Source: Novakomyces olei
Lineage: Eukaryota
NCBI GenBank assembly: GCA_016906335.1
Contig: JADEYG010000004.1
Location: forward strand, 1,116,001 to 1,180,000
Length of the DNA: 64,000 bases
Reading direction: 5' to 3'
A program made the position numbers and the translations under genes. The notes below the pieces were generated by a model. The model made no database searches and was not told the origin of the DNA. It worked only from the letters and a program-made list of their open reading frames with translations. Positions 62,297 to 64,000 of this stretch are shown here, piece by piece (position 1 is the first letter of the stretch; each line of letters starts with the position of its first letter).

Positions 62297-62438
62297 ATAC
62301 ATATCGCGCAAACACCAACATGTCCCATCGATACATAATCAGCCTTAATTTTGCCATCTATAATGTATACCGAAATTATTTATTAATTTATTCCGAATAT
62401 CATCCACAATCAAATTTTGTCTCTCGCCACACCCGTTC

Positions 62439-62663
62439 ATGTTGTGTGGGTTGGAAGTGCGTCAAGACTATATTTCCGACCGAGGTGAGTGCCATTATAA
62501 CCCGCCTTTACTCAATTAACCTGTATTATCGTTATAATAAAGCTCTACTGCTTCATATTGCCTTTTCCCGTCCTTTCTAACGCTCTCTTCTCTTGTCAAT
62601 TTGCAAATTAAAAAAAGTTTCTACTTGGTTGCTGATCCGCTAGTCTGGACAACGAGTGCCTAA
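62439..62663 (+). CDS. arginine attenuator peptide (AAP) uORF, 21 aa, split by intron 62485-62643
   Basis: Spliced frame MLCGLEVRQDYISDR-VWTTSA* carries the QDY(I/L)SDxxW AAP core and ends 25 nt before the CPA1 ATG. Confidence 0.88.
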
Positions 62664-62688
62664 CTGATCCAATCAAACTATACTGATA

Positions 62689-64000
62689 ATGCGTCTCATG
62701 TCTGTGGCTCGGCATCCCCGCCAATCTCTGATTGGCGGCATCTGTAAATCCTCGCTCCGGCCAGTCTCTGCCCTCTGCAAGCGTACTCTCCCGGCAGCAG
62801 CTTCTGCTCGCGTCTTTTCCCAATCGTCTATGCCGCGGTTCCCCGCTCCTGTTGCCAAAGGACACCAGGACGGTTTCCATGTATCGCCGACACTTGCTTC
62901 AAGCGACGCGCTTGATCGTGCTACTTTTACGATTATGGTACGTTGCTCTTTTTATCATCTCTTTTTATCAGCTCTTTTTATCAGCTCTTTTTATCAGCTC
63001 TTTTTATCAGCTCTTATTATCAGCTCTTTAATCAGCTCGTTTTATCAGCTATTTTTATCAATTAATTTTCACAAATTGATCTAACTGGCAGGACGGCCCC
63101 GTCTTCCACGGCTTGTCGTTCGGTGCCAAGCAAAACGTCTCGGGCGAGGCCGTGTTCACAACCTCTCTTGTCGGCTACCCCGAGTCAATGACCGATCCGT
63201 CGTACCGTGGCCAGATCCTGGTCTTTACGCAGCCTCTTATCGGCAACTATGGTGTGCCCTCGTCCGAGGCGCGTGACGAGTACGGATTGCTGCGTTTCTT
63301 TGAGTCTCCCCAAATCCAGTGTGCCGGAATTGTCGTGAGCGACGTTGCCCTCCGCTACTCCCATTGGACGGCCGTCGAGTCTCTCGGCGAATGGTGTGCG
63401 AGACAGGGCGTGGCAGCTGTCTCTGGCGTCGACACTCGGGCAATTGTGACTCTGCTGCGTGAACGCGGCTCTTCCCTCGCTAAAATTACAGTGGGCGAGG
63501 AGTACGATGAGAACGATGACGAAGCCTTCAACGACCCTGGAGCTATCAACCTGGTCCAGGCTGTTACTACAAAGCAGCCTTACTCCGTCACCAGCGGGCA
63601 CGGAAAGCTGCACGTGGCCGTTCTCGACTGCGGAGTCAAAGAGAACATTCTGCGATCGCTTGTCCGCCGAGGTGCTGACGTCACTGTATTCCCCTACGAC
63701 TATCCGATCCAAGAAGTGGCGGACAAGTTTGACGGAGTGTTCCTGACCAATGGTCCGGGCGACCCTACTCACGCGATCAAGACCATTGAAAACTTGCGTG
63801 AACTGACCTCGTTCTATGAAGGCCCAATAATGGGTATTTGCTTGGGCCACCAGCTGCTTTCTCTCGCAGCCGGAGCCAAAACGATAAAGCTCAAGTATGG
63901 CAATCGCGGACACAATATCCCTGCTCTCGATATTGCTACCGGCCGCTGCCATATCACGTCGCAGAACCACGGGTACGCTGTTGACGCGGCCACTCTGCCC
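62689..64000 (+). CDS. CPA1: arginine-specific carbamoyl-phosphate synthase small chain (mitochondrial presequence; intron 62938-63091; truncated by window end)
   Basis: [72 protein letters not shown]. Confidence 0.95.

Noticed and set aside
63185-63970. 261-aa minus-strand ORF and similar long antisense ORFs over FUM1 and RPL15
   Set aside because: These are shadow ORFs of codon-biased sense genes.

Overview
Gene-dense, intron-containing fungal chromosome segment in the standard genetic code. It is most likely a Taphrinomycotina yeast related to Schizosaccharomyces (inference from an Nda3-like beta-tubulin, a chromodomain-bearing Clr4, a Ste11-type HMG box, a Pac1-type RNase III relic, a Homol E/Homol D-like ribosomal-protein promoter and very short introns). 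About 28 mostly housekeeping genes are supported: beta-tubulin, LTA4H, Rxt2, Gcn20, zeta- and beta-COP, LigB dioxygenase, PfkB kinase, gluconokinase, DUF1748, Clr4, UBTD, fumarase, Cch1, Mic19, Ubp6, F-box/LRR, mago nashi, Gid4, Iba57, Rrp1, Ste11-like, cytidine deaminase, NDUFAF2-like, peroxisomal enoyl-CoA isomerase-like, Zn-ADH, Rpl15 and Cpa1. Highlights not visible in the ORF track: (1) a 3-exon orphan membrane gene with a DLE..PPxY exon 1 and a 33-bp coding tandem repeat, resembling wtf meiotic-drive genes in architecture; (2) right beside it, a pair of ~250-bp inverted repeats enclosing a 2.5-kb two-gene cassette; (3) an intron-split arginine attenuator peptide uORF upstream of CPA1; (4) a decayed Pac1/RNase III paralogue followed by (GATT)94; (5) recurrent TTAGGG-type boxes in promoters. 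Protein identities come from recalled motifs, not database searches, and exon boundaries were read by eye.
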